This document shows, piece by piece, positions 19,122-29,400 of a stretch of DNA of 64,000 nt. The DNA comes from Desulfobacterales bacterium. GTDB taxonomy: Bacteria > Desulfobacterota > Desulfobacteria > Desulfobacterales > UBA5852. Every line of letters starts with the position of its first letter. Position 1 is the stretch's first letter. The position numbers and the translations under genes were made by a program. The DNA lies in NCBI GenBank assembly GCA_963674755.2, contig CAXXVS010000002.1:256001-320000 (forward strand), read 5' to 3'. The notes under the pieces were generated by a model that saw nothing but the letters and a program-made list of their open reading frames with translations, was not told where the DNA came from and did no database searches.

Positions 19122-22100
19122 AATCCTGGAACTCTCCTTCGTGGACAACGACCAGCTGGCCGGTTTTCGCCTGCAGCGGTTGGAAGTCTACAACTGGGGG
19201 ACCTTCGACCGGAAGGTGTGGACCCTGCACCTCAACGGCCGTAACGCCCTCCTGACCGGCGACATTGGCTCGGGCAAGTCCACCCTGGTGGATGCCCTCA
19301 CCACGCTGCTGGTGCCCCAGCAGCGCATCACCTACAACAAGGCGGCCGGGGCCGGGGCCCGCGAACGCACCCTGCGCTCATACGTCATGGGCCACTACAA
19401 GTCCGAACGCAACGAGGTCGGCGGCAGCGCCAAACCGGTGGCCCTGCGCGACCCCAACCATTACGCCGTCATCCTGGGGGTGTTCCACAACGCGGGCTAC
19501 CTCAAGACCGTGACCCTGGCCCAGGTCTTCTGGATCAAGGATCTCCAGGGGCAGCCCGCCCGCTTCTACACGGCCTGCGAGCGTGAGCTTTCCATCGCCG
19601 AGGATTTCGCCCAATTCGGAACCGACATCGTCCAGCTGCGCAAGCGCCTGCGGTCTTCAGGCGTCACGGTCTGGGACAGTTTCCCGCCTTACGCGGCCTG
19701 GTTCCGGCGGCGCTTCGGGATCGACAACAACCAGGCCCTGGAGCTCTTCAACCAGACCGTGTCCCTCAAATCCGTGGGCAACCTCACCGATTTCGTGCGC
19801 ACCCACATGCTGGAGCCCTTTGACGTGGCCCCCCGCATCAAGGCCCTGATCGAGCACTTCGACGATCTCAACCAGGCCCACAAGGCGGTCCTCAAGGCCC
19901 GGCAGCAGATCGAGAAGCTCACCCCGCTGGTGGCCGACTGCGATCGTCACGCCGAGCTGGCGGCTTCCGCCGACGAACTGCGGGCCTGCCGGGAAGCTCT
20001 GCAGGCCTGGTTTGCGGGATTGAAATTGGCGTTGCTGGAACAACGGCTGGGCGTCCTGAAGGAAAAGATCGGCCGACACCAGACCAAAATTGAAAGTCTG
20101 TCAGAGCGCAGGCATTCGTTGCAACTCAAAGAACGTCACTTGCGGAAGAACATCACCGAGAACGGCGGTGACCGCATCGAGCGCATCAGAGAGGAAATCC
20201 GCGCCAAGGAAGCCGAGCAACAGCGCAGAAGACGCAAAGCCGACCGCTATGCCGAATTGATCTCAATCCTGGATCTGGTGCCCGCCGAGACAGAAGAGGT
20301 TTTCCTTTCCCACATGCAACGCTGCGACGTCTTGCGCGAGCAAACGGAGCAGCGCGAGGCGCAGCTTCAAAACGACCTGAATGAAAGAAGGGTGGCTTTA
20401 TCCCAAAAGCGCAGCGAGCACGAGCAGCTGCAGGCGGAAATCGCCGGCCTCAAGGCCCGGCGTAGCAACATTGACGAAAAGCAGGTGGCCATGCGCCGCA
20501 TGATCTGCAGCGCCCTCGATCTTCCCGAAGACGACATGCCCTTTGCCGGTGAGCTGATCCAGGTGCGCGAGGAGGAGCGCGACTGGGAGGGGGCCATCGA
20601 GCGCCTGATGCGGAATTTCGGTCTGTCGCTGCTGGTGCCGGACGCGCACTACCCCCGGGTGGCCGCCTGGGTGGACAAAACGCACCTCAAGGGGCGCTTG
20701 GTCTATTTCCGCGTGCGCCCGTCGCGTAAGGCTGCCCCGTCGTCCCTGCGGCCCGATGCCCTGGGCCGTAGGATCGCCGTCAAACCCGATTCGGCTTATT
20801 ACGACTGGCTGGAAGGGGAGATCGCCAAACGCTTCGACGTGGCCTGCTGTGACACCCAGGACCAGTTTCGGCGCGAGACCCGGGCCATCACCCGGGCCGG
20901 CCAGATTAAGATGCCGGGCGAGCGCCACGAAAAGGACGACCGGCACCGGATCGATGACCGCAGCCGCTACGTGTTGGGCTGGAACAACACGGCCAAGATT
21001 GCCGTGCTGGAAAAGAAGGCTCGGCAGCTGGAAAAGCTTATTGGTGAAATGGATGGCCTCATCGCTGAGCGGGAGCGCGAGCAGCAGACCCTCAAGGATC
21101 GTCTGACCACCCTTTTTCAATTGGGCGAGCACCGCGATTTCCGGGAAATGGACTGGCGGTCCCTGGTGGCAGAGATCGCCGACCTGCAGAACGAGAAGCA
21201 GCGCCTGGAGACGGCTTCCGACACCCTGCAGACGCTGAACGCCGAACTCGAAAGGCCGAGAAAGCCGCTGCCGAAAACGAACAGCAGCTCGACCAGGTCA
21301 AGGGTCAGTGCTCCCGGCTGGAGCAGAGAAAAAGCGACACGGAAACCATGTGTCAGGAGGTGCGTGTTGTGCTGGAAGACACCGATCCGGCCCACGAGGC
21401 CTATTTCGAGCGCTTGGCGGCCTTGCGCGAGGAGGCCCTGGACGGACCGGCCCTCACGGTGGAATCCTGCGACCCGGCCGAACGCAAGCTCCGCGACTGG
21501 CTGCAGGCCAAAATCGACGCCGAAGACAAAAAACTCGCCCGGCTGCGCGACAAGATCATCGAGGCCATGCACGGCTTCCGGACCGCCTACCCCCTGGAAA
21601 CCCAGGAGGTCGACGCCGCGGTCGAGGCGGCGGGCGAATACCGGGAAATGCTGCAGCAGCTCAAGGCCGACGACCTGCCGCGCTTCGAGGCGCGCTTCAA
21701 GGAACTGCTCAACGAGAACACCATCCGCGAGGTGGCCAACTTCCAGTCCCAGCTGGCGCGGGAGCGCGAGACCATCAAGGAGCGCATCGCGCACATCAAC
21801 ACCTCGCTCTCCCAGATCGACTACAACCCGGGCCGCTACATCGTGCTGGAGGCGCAGCCCGGCACCGACGCCGACATCCGGGATTTTCAAAGCGAGCTGC
21901 GGGCCTGCACCGAAGGCGCGCTCACCGGTTCGGACGACGCCCAGTACTCCGAGGCCAAGTTCCTGCAGGTGCGCCGGATCATCGAAAAATTCCGCGGCCG
22001 CGAAGGCCAGTCCGAACAGGACCGCCGCTGGACCGCCAAGGTGACCGACGTGCGCAACTGGTTCGTCTTCGCCGCCAGCGAGCGCTGGCGCGAGGACGGC

Positions 22101-22478
22101 AGCGAGTACGAGCACTACACCGACTCGGGCGGCAAGTCCGGCGGGCAGAAGGAGAAGCTGGCCTACACCGTGCTGGCGGCCAGCCTGGCCTACCAGTTCG
22201 GCCTGGAGTGGGGCGAGGTGCGCTCGCGCTCCTTCCGGTTCGTGGCCATCGACGAGGCCTTCGGCCGCGGCTCGGACGAGTCGGCCCACTACGGGCTGCA
22301 GCTTTTCAACCAGTTGAACCTGCAGCTGTTGATCGTCACCCCCCTGCAGAAGATCCACGTCATCGAACCGTACGTTTCCGGCGTGGGGTTCGTACACAGT
22401 GAAGACGGCAAAACCGCCAGCCTGCGCAACCTGACCATCGAAGAGTACCGGGAGGAAAAGCGGAGGCAGCAGACGTGA
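19114..22478 (+). pseudogene. jetC: Wadjet JetC SMC-like ATPase, split by a 1-bp deletion at ~21251-21253 (real or sequencing error)
   Basis: [15 protein letters not shown] (Walker A) in ORF 19114; KSGGQ signature and IDEAF (Walker B) in the frame ending 22478; adding one A restores ELEKAEKAA. Confidence 0.88.
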
Positions 22479-23665
22479 ACTGGACCCGGCCCGGCGACCT
22501 TCGTAAAATGGTTCAACGCCTGTGGGACCGGGGGGCCCTGCTGGCAAGCCTGGCCGGGGGCGAGTCCCTTTTCCCCAAACGGTTGCCGCTCAAGGGGCCT
22601 GCCTCCACCGAACTCACCCAAAACTTTGACGAGGTGCGCCGCTGGATCGCCCAGCTCGACCGCCAGGCCAAGCACTACCGCATCGTTTGGCGCCACGTGA
22701 ACCACCGGGTTCTGGGCGCCAATGACCTGCCGAGTGAAGTCTGGATCGACACCCTGGACGACGCCCTGGCCTTGGTCGACCGGCGCCGGGCGGCCGAACG
22801 GTTTACCGTGTTGGTGGCCGTGACCCAAGAGCGGCTGCCCGATCTCGATCCCTGGCTCCGCAAACGGCCTTTGCGCGCGCTGGCCCTGGCGGACGACTGG
22901 CCTCTCCTGCTCGACATCGTCACCTGGATGCGCCGACACCCCCGTCCAGGTTTGTATCTGCGCCAGGTGGACATCCCCGGCGTCCACAGCAAGTTCATCG
23001 AGGGGCACCGGTCCGTCCTGATGGAGCTGTTCGACCTGGTATTGCCCGAGGAAGTGGTGGACAGGGAGTCCCGCGGCGTGTCTGGGTTCGGCCGGCGCTA
23101 CGGGTTTCAGGACAAGCCGGTGCGGGTGCGGTTTCGTATTCTGGACGACGCTTGCGCGGTCTTTGCCACTGGCACGGACCAGGACATCGCGGTCACCCAC
23201 GACACCTTCGCCGGCCATGATCCGCCGGTCGACACCGTCTTTATCACTGAAAACGAGATCAACTTCCTGGCCTTTCCTCGGGCTGCGGGGTGTATGGTCG
23301 TTTTCGGCGCGGGCTACGGGTTCGACATGTTATCCCGGGCCCGCTGGTTGCACGACCGGCGCCTCTTTTACTGGGGCGACATCGACACCCACGGGTTCGC
23401 CATCCTCGATCAACTGCGCGGTCAATTCCCACATGCCCGGTCTTTCCTCATGGACCGTGATACCCTCATGGCCCACAAGAGCCTCTGGGGGCGAGAACCG
23501 CGACAGGAAACCCAGGATCTGCCGCGGTTGGACCGCGAGGAGCAAGCGCTGTTTGACGATCTCCGCTACAACCGATTGACCGACCAATTGCGGTTCGAAC
23601 AGGAAAGGGTGGGGTTTGACTGGGTCAAAAACAGGGTGGCGGATTTGACCGGAATTCCTTCGTGA
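22475..23665 (+). CDS. jetD: Wadjet JetD Toprim nuclease (DUF3322+DUF2220)
   Basis: YLRQVDIPGVHSKFIE, FITENEINF, YWGDIDTHGF, RFEQE. Confidence 0.92.
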   Translation: MNWTRPGDLRKMVQRLWDRGALLASLAGGESLFPKRLPLKGPASTELTQNFDEVRRWIAQLDRQAKHYRIVWRHVNHRVLGANDLPSEVWIDTLDDALALVDRRRAAERFTVLVAVTQERLPDLDPWLRKRPLRALALADDWPLLLDIVTWMRRHPRPGLYLRQVDIPGVHSKFIEGHRSVLMELFDLVLPEEVVDRESRGVSGFGRRYGFQDKPVRVRFRILDDACAVFATGTDQDIAVTHDTFAGHDPPVDTVFITENEINFLAFPRAAGCMVVFGAGYGFDMLSRARWLHDRRLFYWGDIDTHGFAILDQLRGQFPHARSFLMDRDTLMAHKSLWGREPRQETQDLPRLDREEQALFDDLRYNRLTDQLRFEQERVGFDWVKNRVADLTGIPS

Positions 23666-23832
23666 TCTTCGTGGTGAGCGCTTTTGCATCAAAATAAGCA
23701 CGCGCCTTACCGAAAATTCCATTCATTAAAATGAACCAAAGTTGACATGTAATTCTGTAAATAATATGGTAAAGACCATTATAGTGATCCAAAATTGTTG
23801 GAATCTATGTTTATGGTACCATAAAGTGAACT

Positions 23833-25119
23833 ATGAAGTGTACGATCCAAATATTTCTTGACGACCGTTGGCAAACGGCCGCGGTGTTCGAGCCTGATCC
23901 GCAGACCCTGGACCGCGGCATTGCCGGAGGGGGGCGGCTGCAATACGACACCGACTATGCCATCGGCCATTTGGGTGAGAAAGCTGCTGAGTTGGTGCCC
24001 GGGCAACAGGTCGGCTTCGAACTGTTCCGGTTCGACCAATGGCCGCCGTTCCTGGTCGATGTGATGCCCTCGGGTGCCGGACGCCGGGCCTGGCTCCGGC
24101 GTATGCAGGTGGAAAGGGACGGCCCGCACGCGGATTGGCACTTGCTCACCCGGGGCGCCGGCAGTCCGCCGGGCCATCTGCGGATTGCCGAAGCGGTCCA
24201 GCCGCCGCCTCCGGACCATTTCAAAATCGGGTTTCCCCGCCGGGACATCGTCGAACAAGCGGAACGGTTCCTGGATTACGCCGAAGAACGGGGGGCTCAT
24301 GTGGCCGGGGCCTCCAGCGTGCAGGGGGAGGCGCCCAAGTATTTACTGGTCGAGGACCACGCCGGCATGTTTCACGCCGAGGGCGCGCTGACGGACGACA
24401 GGATCAAGGCTTTCTGGCTGGTCAAATTTCCCCGCGGGCGTCGCAGCGAGGCGCGCAACGAACAGGTCCTGCGCAACGAGGCGGCCTATCTGGAAGTGGC
24501 CCGCCACTTCGGCATTCGCACCGCAAGCCCTCTGCGATACGAACACGGGGCGCTTTTCGTGCCGCGCTTCGACCGGCGGGTGGCGGACGGCCGCGTGGAA
24601 CGCCTGGGTATGCACAGCCTATATGCCGTGGCCGGCCAATCGGGCTATGGCGCGGCGGTGTCCAATGACACCTTCTGCCGTGCCCTCGCAGCGGTCGCCA
24701 CCGATCCTGCCCGGGAATTACGGGAGTATATCCGCCGCGACATCCTCAACCTGGCCCTGCGCAACACCGACAACCACGGCCGCAATTCGGCCGTTCTGCG
24801 AAGCGGTGACCAGATCGCCCTTTCCCCTCTATTCGATTTTGCGCCGATGTTCCTGGACCCGGAGGGGATCGGCCGTGTCAGCCGCTGGGAAGACGAAGAA
24901 CCCGGCCGCCAGCCGGATTGGCGGGCTGTCATCGAAAAATTCGAAGATATTCTCCCGCCTGCGGATGCGATGCTGTGGTTGGCCGGATTAGGGGCGAAGG
25001 TTCGCCACCTTCCCGCAGCGATGCGGGATTGCCGGGTCGACGAGGATATCATCGAACGGCTTTCCCGCTGGATCGGGGAAGTGGCCGCCGGACTGATCGA
25101 TGCCGGACGCCGGGTTTAG
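23833..25119 (+). CDS. hipA: HipA-family kinase toxin
   Basis: SSVQGEAPK, WLVKFP, LFVPRFDR, NTDNHGRN, LSPLFDF. Confidence 0.9.
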   Translation: MKCTIQIFLDDRWQTAAVFEPDPQTLDRGIAGGGRLQYDTDYAIGHLGEKAAELVPGQQVGFELFRFDQWPPFLVDVMPSGAGRRAWLRRMQVERDGPHADWHLLTRGAGSPPGHLRIAEAVQPPPPDHFKIGFPRRDIVEQAERFLDYAEERGAHVAGASSVQGEAPKYLLVEDHAGMFHAEGALTDDRIKAFWLVKFPRGRRSEARNEQVLRNEAAYLEVARHFGIRTASPLRYEHGALFVPRFDRRVADGRVERLGMHSLYAVAGQSGYGAAVSNDTFCRALAAVATDPARELREYIRRDILNLALRNTDNHGRNSAVLRSGDQIALSPLFDFAPMFLDPEGIGRVSRWEDEEPGRQPDWRAVIEKFEDILPPADAMLWLAGLGAKVRHLPAAMRDCRVDEDIIERLSRWIGEVAAGLIDAGRRV

Positions 25120-25136
25120 AAAGACAGGTCGTCATC

Positions 25137-25433
25137 ATGAAACGCCCATCACCGGACGAAATGACCCGCATGAAGGAGAACCTCTATCGCGACCTCGCCC
25201 GAGGTGCCGTCGATATCCGGGAGGCCTCGCGCCGCATGCGCCGGATCCTGGGAATGAGCCAGAAAGATTACGCCCGCAAAGTGGCTGGGATCGCGCCCCG
25301 CATCCTGGCCGAGTTTGAAAACGGCTCCGGCAATCCCACCCTGGCCACCCTGGAGAAGATCGCCACCCCTTTCGGGCTGAAGGTCACCTTCCTGCCACCC
25401 GCGTCCTGGCGAATGGAAAAAACGGATGGTTGA
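25137..25433 (+). CDS. XRE/HipB-like HTH antitoxin (downstream of the toxin)
   Basis: MRRILGMSQKDYA...LAEFENGSGNPTLATLEKIA.PFGL. Confidence 0.85.
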   Translation: MKRPSPDEMTRMKENLYRDLARGAVDIREASRRMRRILGMSQKDYARKVAGIAPRILAEFENGSGNPTLATLEKIATPFGLKVTFLPPASWRMEKTDG

Positions 25434-25455
25434 GGCGCTTTGTGTGCGGTTGGTT

Positions 25456-25552
25456 GGCCACCAAGTGGCCGTTGGTCGTGACAACCTTCGTCCCGCAAAG
25501 CGGGACAACCCACGCCCCGGGAAACGAGGCAACCTGCGCCGGCGCAGCCGGC
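25456..25552. repeat. Multi-hairpin array, copy A
   Basis: ggccac/gtggcc, gtcccgc/gcgggac, gccccg/cgaggc, gccggc/gccggc stems with short A/C-rich linkers; homologous to 26115-26260. Confidence 0.7.
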
Positions 25553-25657
25553 ATGTAGATGGCTGCGGCCGCATCGGATCAAATTGACAACGGTTATCGA
25601 TTTGAAATACTTTAGGCATCGAAGGTAATCGGGCACTAATTGAGAGGCAATCGTGTC

Positions 25658-25954
25658 ATGGCACAGATTGACATTCCCAGAGAGCAAATTGCCGATTTCT
25701 GCCGGCGGAACCGCATTCGTCGACTGGCACTGTTCGGCTCGGTGCTGCACGGGAACGCCGGCGCTGACAGCGATGTGGACGTGCTGGTCGAGTTCGAGCC
25801 CGGTGTGCGCGTCGGTCTCAGGTTTTTCGACATTCAAGAAGAGTTGTCCGACCTCTTCGGCCGCAAGGTCGATTTAAACACGCCCAATTTCCTAAGCCGT
25901 TATTTCCGCGATCAGGTGCTGAAAGAAGCCGAGGATCTCTATGCCCACGCCTGA
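25658..25954 (+). CDS. MNT nucleotidyltransferase antitoxin (MntA-like)
   Basis: LALFGSVLHG...SDVDVLVEF...LFGRKVDL. Confidence 0.9.
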   Translation: MAQIDIPREQIADFCRRNRIRRLALFGSVLHGNAGADSDVDVLVEFEPGVRVGLRFFDIQEELSDLFGRKVDLNTPNFLSRYFRDQVLKEAEDLYAHA

Positions 25955-26067
25955 GGAATCGACTCATCCACGGCTATGACGCTGTGGATTTTGGCATTCT
26001 CTGGGATATCCTCAAATATGACCTGCCTCCTCTCATCCAGCGACTGGATGAGATCCTGCAGTCCTAA
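25941..26067 (+). pseudogene. HEPN (DUF86/HepT) toxin remnant with large internal deletion
   Basis: ATG overlapping the MNT end, then out-of-frame LRNRLIHGYDAVDFGILWDILKYDLPPL (R-X4-H motif). Confidence 0.8.
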
Positions 26068-26114
26068 AAATTGATCCGGTCCCTGTGGGTTGGACGCTCC
26101 GCACCCGCAAGTAT

Positions 26115-26260
26115 GGGCACTCCGTGCCCGTTGGTCGTAACAACCAACGTCCCGCGTCGCGGGACCACAAACGCTCGCAAAGCGAGCACACTTACGCCAG
26201 CGCAGCTGGTAAACCCACCCCCCGCACTGCGGGGCAAACCCACGTCCCGTTTAGCGGGAC
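26115..26260. repeat. Multi-hairpin array, copy B
   Basis: Consecutive 6-7 bp stems with mostly 3-nt loops at ~23-nt period, linkers such as aaacccac. Confidence 0.7.
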
Positions 26261-26751
26261 ATCTTTTAAATCATTGGACTTTTCCGATAATTTATGGGAA
26301 AAAATCCTCAAGTTTTTCGGCGTAGGCACCGATTCCCTTGTGGTTTCGCATGTTGAATTTGTCGGCAGGCTGCAGCAGCCTGCCGACCCGTATCCTGCCG
26401 ACTCGCAGGAACCTCCTTGAGTCCTATTCATGACGCCAGCGGTTCAATCAAAATTGGATCACTCTCGCTCACGCCATCAAGGCCCCAAGTGGTCTTTCCC
26501 GCCTCATCCCGCGCCTATAACAACAAAGCTAAACCAAAAACCAGATCCTCACCCAAAGACACAGGGAATCTGGGACAGCCTTTAGCGAGAAAGTTCTGGG
26601 ATATTGCGATGGTTAAGGTTCAGGCAAATGGATTGACATAAAAACATAGACGTCCCTCTTCTTGGCCCCTCTTCTTGGCCAAGAATAACCCGTTAGGCTC
26701 CTTTGACGATGTCGGCAAAATATAACTGGGAACTGGAATTAAAAAGCGTTT

Positions 26752-27956
26752 ATGCAACAAGACGTCTCGGAAAAACCACAACGCGCGAACGGACTTAAAG
26801 CGCAGCTGTTCCTCATCCTTTTCCCGACATCGATTTTTTTCCTCAACTTTCTGTCGCGGATCATCCTCGCACCGCTATTGCCAACCGTCGAACTGGATCT
26901 TGGCATCAGCCACGGCGCGGCCGGTTCGCTTTTTCTCTTAATCTCGGTCGGATATTTCGCGGCTCTATTGGCATCCGGTTTTGTTTCGGCCCGTTTTCTT
27001 CATCGACGGACCATTGTGCTTTCGACCGTATCTTTGGGGGTCGCCTTTATCTCACCGCGTTCAGCCATGGGCTTTTCGGAATGCGGATCGGCATGATCCT
27101 CCTGGGAATGGCCGCGGGCCTCTATCTCCCTTCGGGAATAGCGTCGATTACCCACTTGGTTGACGTCCGGCACTGGGGAAAGGCGCTGGCCATCCATGAA
27201 ATGGCCCCCAACCTGGCCTTCGTGGCGGCGCCCCTGCTTGCAGAGTTCATGCTGGGATGGATTTCGTGGCGGAATGTCCTGATCGTCCTCGGCAGCCTGA
27301 CGGTGGCGGCATCGATCGCTTTTTCCAGGTTCGGTCAGGGGGGCGACTTTCCGGGCCGCGCTCCCGGATTCGGGGCCTGCAGAACGCTTTTCAAACTGCC
27401 GGCCTTTTGGATCATGACGGTGCTTTTTATGCTGGGAATCAGCTCCACTTTGGGAATCTACACGATGCTGCCGCTTTTTCTGGTAACGACGCACGGCATG
27501 GATCACAGCCTGGCAAACGAACTCATCGGCCTGTCCCGCGTGCTGAGCATCGCCATGGTCCTGCTGGCCGGCGTTGTCAACGATCGATTGGGGCCCAAAC
27601 GCACCTTGATGGCGGTATTGCTTTTGTCCGGCACGATGACGATCCTGCTCGGATTAGTGACGAAGTCCTGGGTGGTTCTCATTGTTTTCCTGCAGCCTCT
27701 CATGGCCGTTAGCTTTTTCCCGCCCGCTTTTGCGCTTCTGTCTGCCGTCGGTCCACCCGATGTGCGCAATGTTAGCGTTTCACTGGCCGTGCCAGCGGGG
27801 TTTATGGTCGGTGGCGGCGTCATGCCGCTGTTTATCGGCTTTATGGGCGACAGGGGATGCTTTCCCGGCGGCATTGTCATCGTGGGGGGCTTGATTTTGG
27901 CCGGTGCCTTTCTGTCCGCATTTCTAAAGTCTCACCAGGAAAACGGGGGGCACTAA
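26752..27956 (+). pseudogene. MFS transporter split by a 1-bp deletion near 27050
   Basis: Hydrophobic MFS halves in ORFs 26752 and 27081 (NDRLGPK motif); atc-ctc reads atctc. Confidence 0.8.
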
Positions 27957-28085
27957 TCTTCCGGCGCCTGGCACAGTCAACGATCAGGACCATCTGCCTG
28001 CCCATCCGCTCAATTCGTACAAGCCGGAGCAGCCGCTAAGGGCAAGCGGACAAACGAAAACGCCGAGGAAGTTATCGAATTCACG

Positions 28086-28562
28086 GTGCCGTGGCTCGAG
28101 GGGCGCTGCACCAATGAGGGATCCTTTGTATGGCTTTCTGACAATGTGGGCAGTCCAATCAATGTGGACACAGGTTGTAAGAGTGCCCCTTCGAATGCAT
28201 CCGAGGACGAGTTGGATATCGAGCTATATCACCACGAGTACGGCGATTTTCAGCGCCTGAAAAGGAAGAAGTGGCATTGGCAGTTTCTGGCGTCGGGTGA
28301 GGTCACATGGAACATGGCCAGTACGACTTACTCTACTTTTTACATCGGCAGCACCCGTGACAACCGGTTCTGGTCGCTGCAGGACCTTTCCCACAACCGG
28401 AAGATCGTCGCCATTGCCGAGGTGAACAACTTTCAGTCGCTCCACGTCCCCGAGATCGCCCTGGCGTTGCTGAGGACCTATTCCGGCGGCGACGATTTTC
28501 TGATTCGACAGATGACAGAGTTCGGCAAAATACCATTCCCGATTCCAGGTATGGGACACTGA
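28086..28562 (+). CDS. Hypothetical protein
   Basis: 158-aa ORF, no recognised motif, start uncertain. Confidence 0.4.
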   Translation: MPWLEGRCTNEGSFVWLSDNVGSPINVDTGCKSAPSNASEDELDIELYHHEYGDFQRLKRKKWHWQFLASGEVTWNMASTTYSTFYIGSTRDNRFWSLQDLSHNRKIVAIAEVNNFQSLHVPEIALALLRTYSGGDDFLIRQMTEFGKIPFPIPGMGH

Positions 28563-28818
28563 TGAGCGCTGATGAACACGGATAAAACCGAAAGTTTATG
28601 AGGCTTCGCCTAAACGGCCAACGGCCTACAGCCTAACCCCCTTTTTAGCCACGGATGGACACAGATACACACGGATACCCTTAGATAAGCGTACAGATCC
28701 AGAATCGAGTACCCAGGAACCAGCATCCAGCAACGCACGAAACTAAACTTAGGGTTACGAAGAATGCGTCATCGTTCAACCACTTGCACAAAACTAAACC
28801 ATCGGTTACTATTTGTGC

Positions 28819-29400
28819 ATGAGCGATTCAACCAAAAAGCCAAACTGGGATCTCCTGTTTGAGACGGCGAACGCCCAAGAGGGCTACTTCACCACCAGGC
28901 AAGCTGCCGAGGCAGGTTTCTCGTCGCAGCTGCTTCTCAAGCACATCCGCGCGGGTCGCGTCACACGTACACGCCGGGGCATCTATAGGCTCGTCCACTT
29001 CCCTGCGGGTGAGCACGAAGAACTGGTCGTCGCTTGGCTCTGGTCGGACAGGGCCGGCGTCGTTTCGCACCAGACCGCGCTGTCGCTCCACGGGCTCTCG
29101 GACGTGCTGCCGGCGCATGTCCATCTGACCCTGCCGCGAGCTTGGCAAAGCCGCCGACTCAGGATTCCTGACGGGGTCGTGGTCCACCATGCTGACGTGC
29201 CATCGAACGACCGGTCCTGGTTCGGCGCGGTGCCGACCACCAACCCGCGCCGCACGCTGAACGACTGCGCTCACGAGGAACTGTCGCCCGATCTGCTGCG
29301 CCAAGCAGCTCAGCAAGCCATTCGTCGGGGCCTCGTTACCACGGCAGAGATCGGCGAGGTCGAAGAGGCGCTGCGCGTTTTCGGAGGGTTCGGCATATGA
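28819..29400 (+). CDS. abiEi: Type IV TA antitoxin AbiEi family
   Basis: QEGYFTTRQA..AG...RGIYRL...VVSHQTAL.LHGL...VPTTNP.RTL.D. Confidence 0.85.
   Translation: MSDSTKKPNWDLLFETANAQEGYFTTRQAAEAGFSSQLLLKHIRAGRVTRTRRGIYRLVHFPAGEHEELVVAWLWSDRAGVVSHQTALSLHGLSDVLPAHVHLTLPRAWQSRRLRIPDGVVVHHADVPSNDRSWFGAVPTTNPRRTLNDCAHEELSPDLLRQAAQQAIRRGLVTTAEIGEVEEALRVFGGFGI

Noticed and set aside
21254..22044. C-terminal Arg/Ser/Pro-rich part of the 976-aa ORF
   Set aside because: Out-of-frame read-through after the jetC frameshift
26115..26260. Possible CRISPR array
   Set aside because: No identical repeats with unique spacers, period too short, no cas genes
28556..28680. Short repeats gatgaacacggat / gatggacacagatacacacggat
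   Set aside because: Looks like a common low-complexity intergenic repeat; too short to support a function
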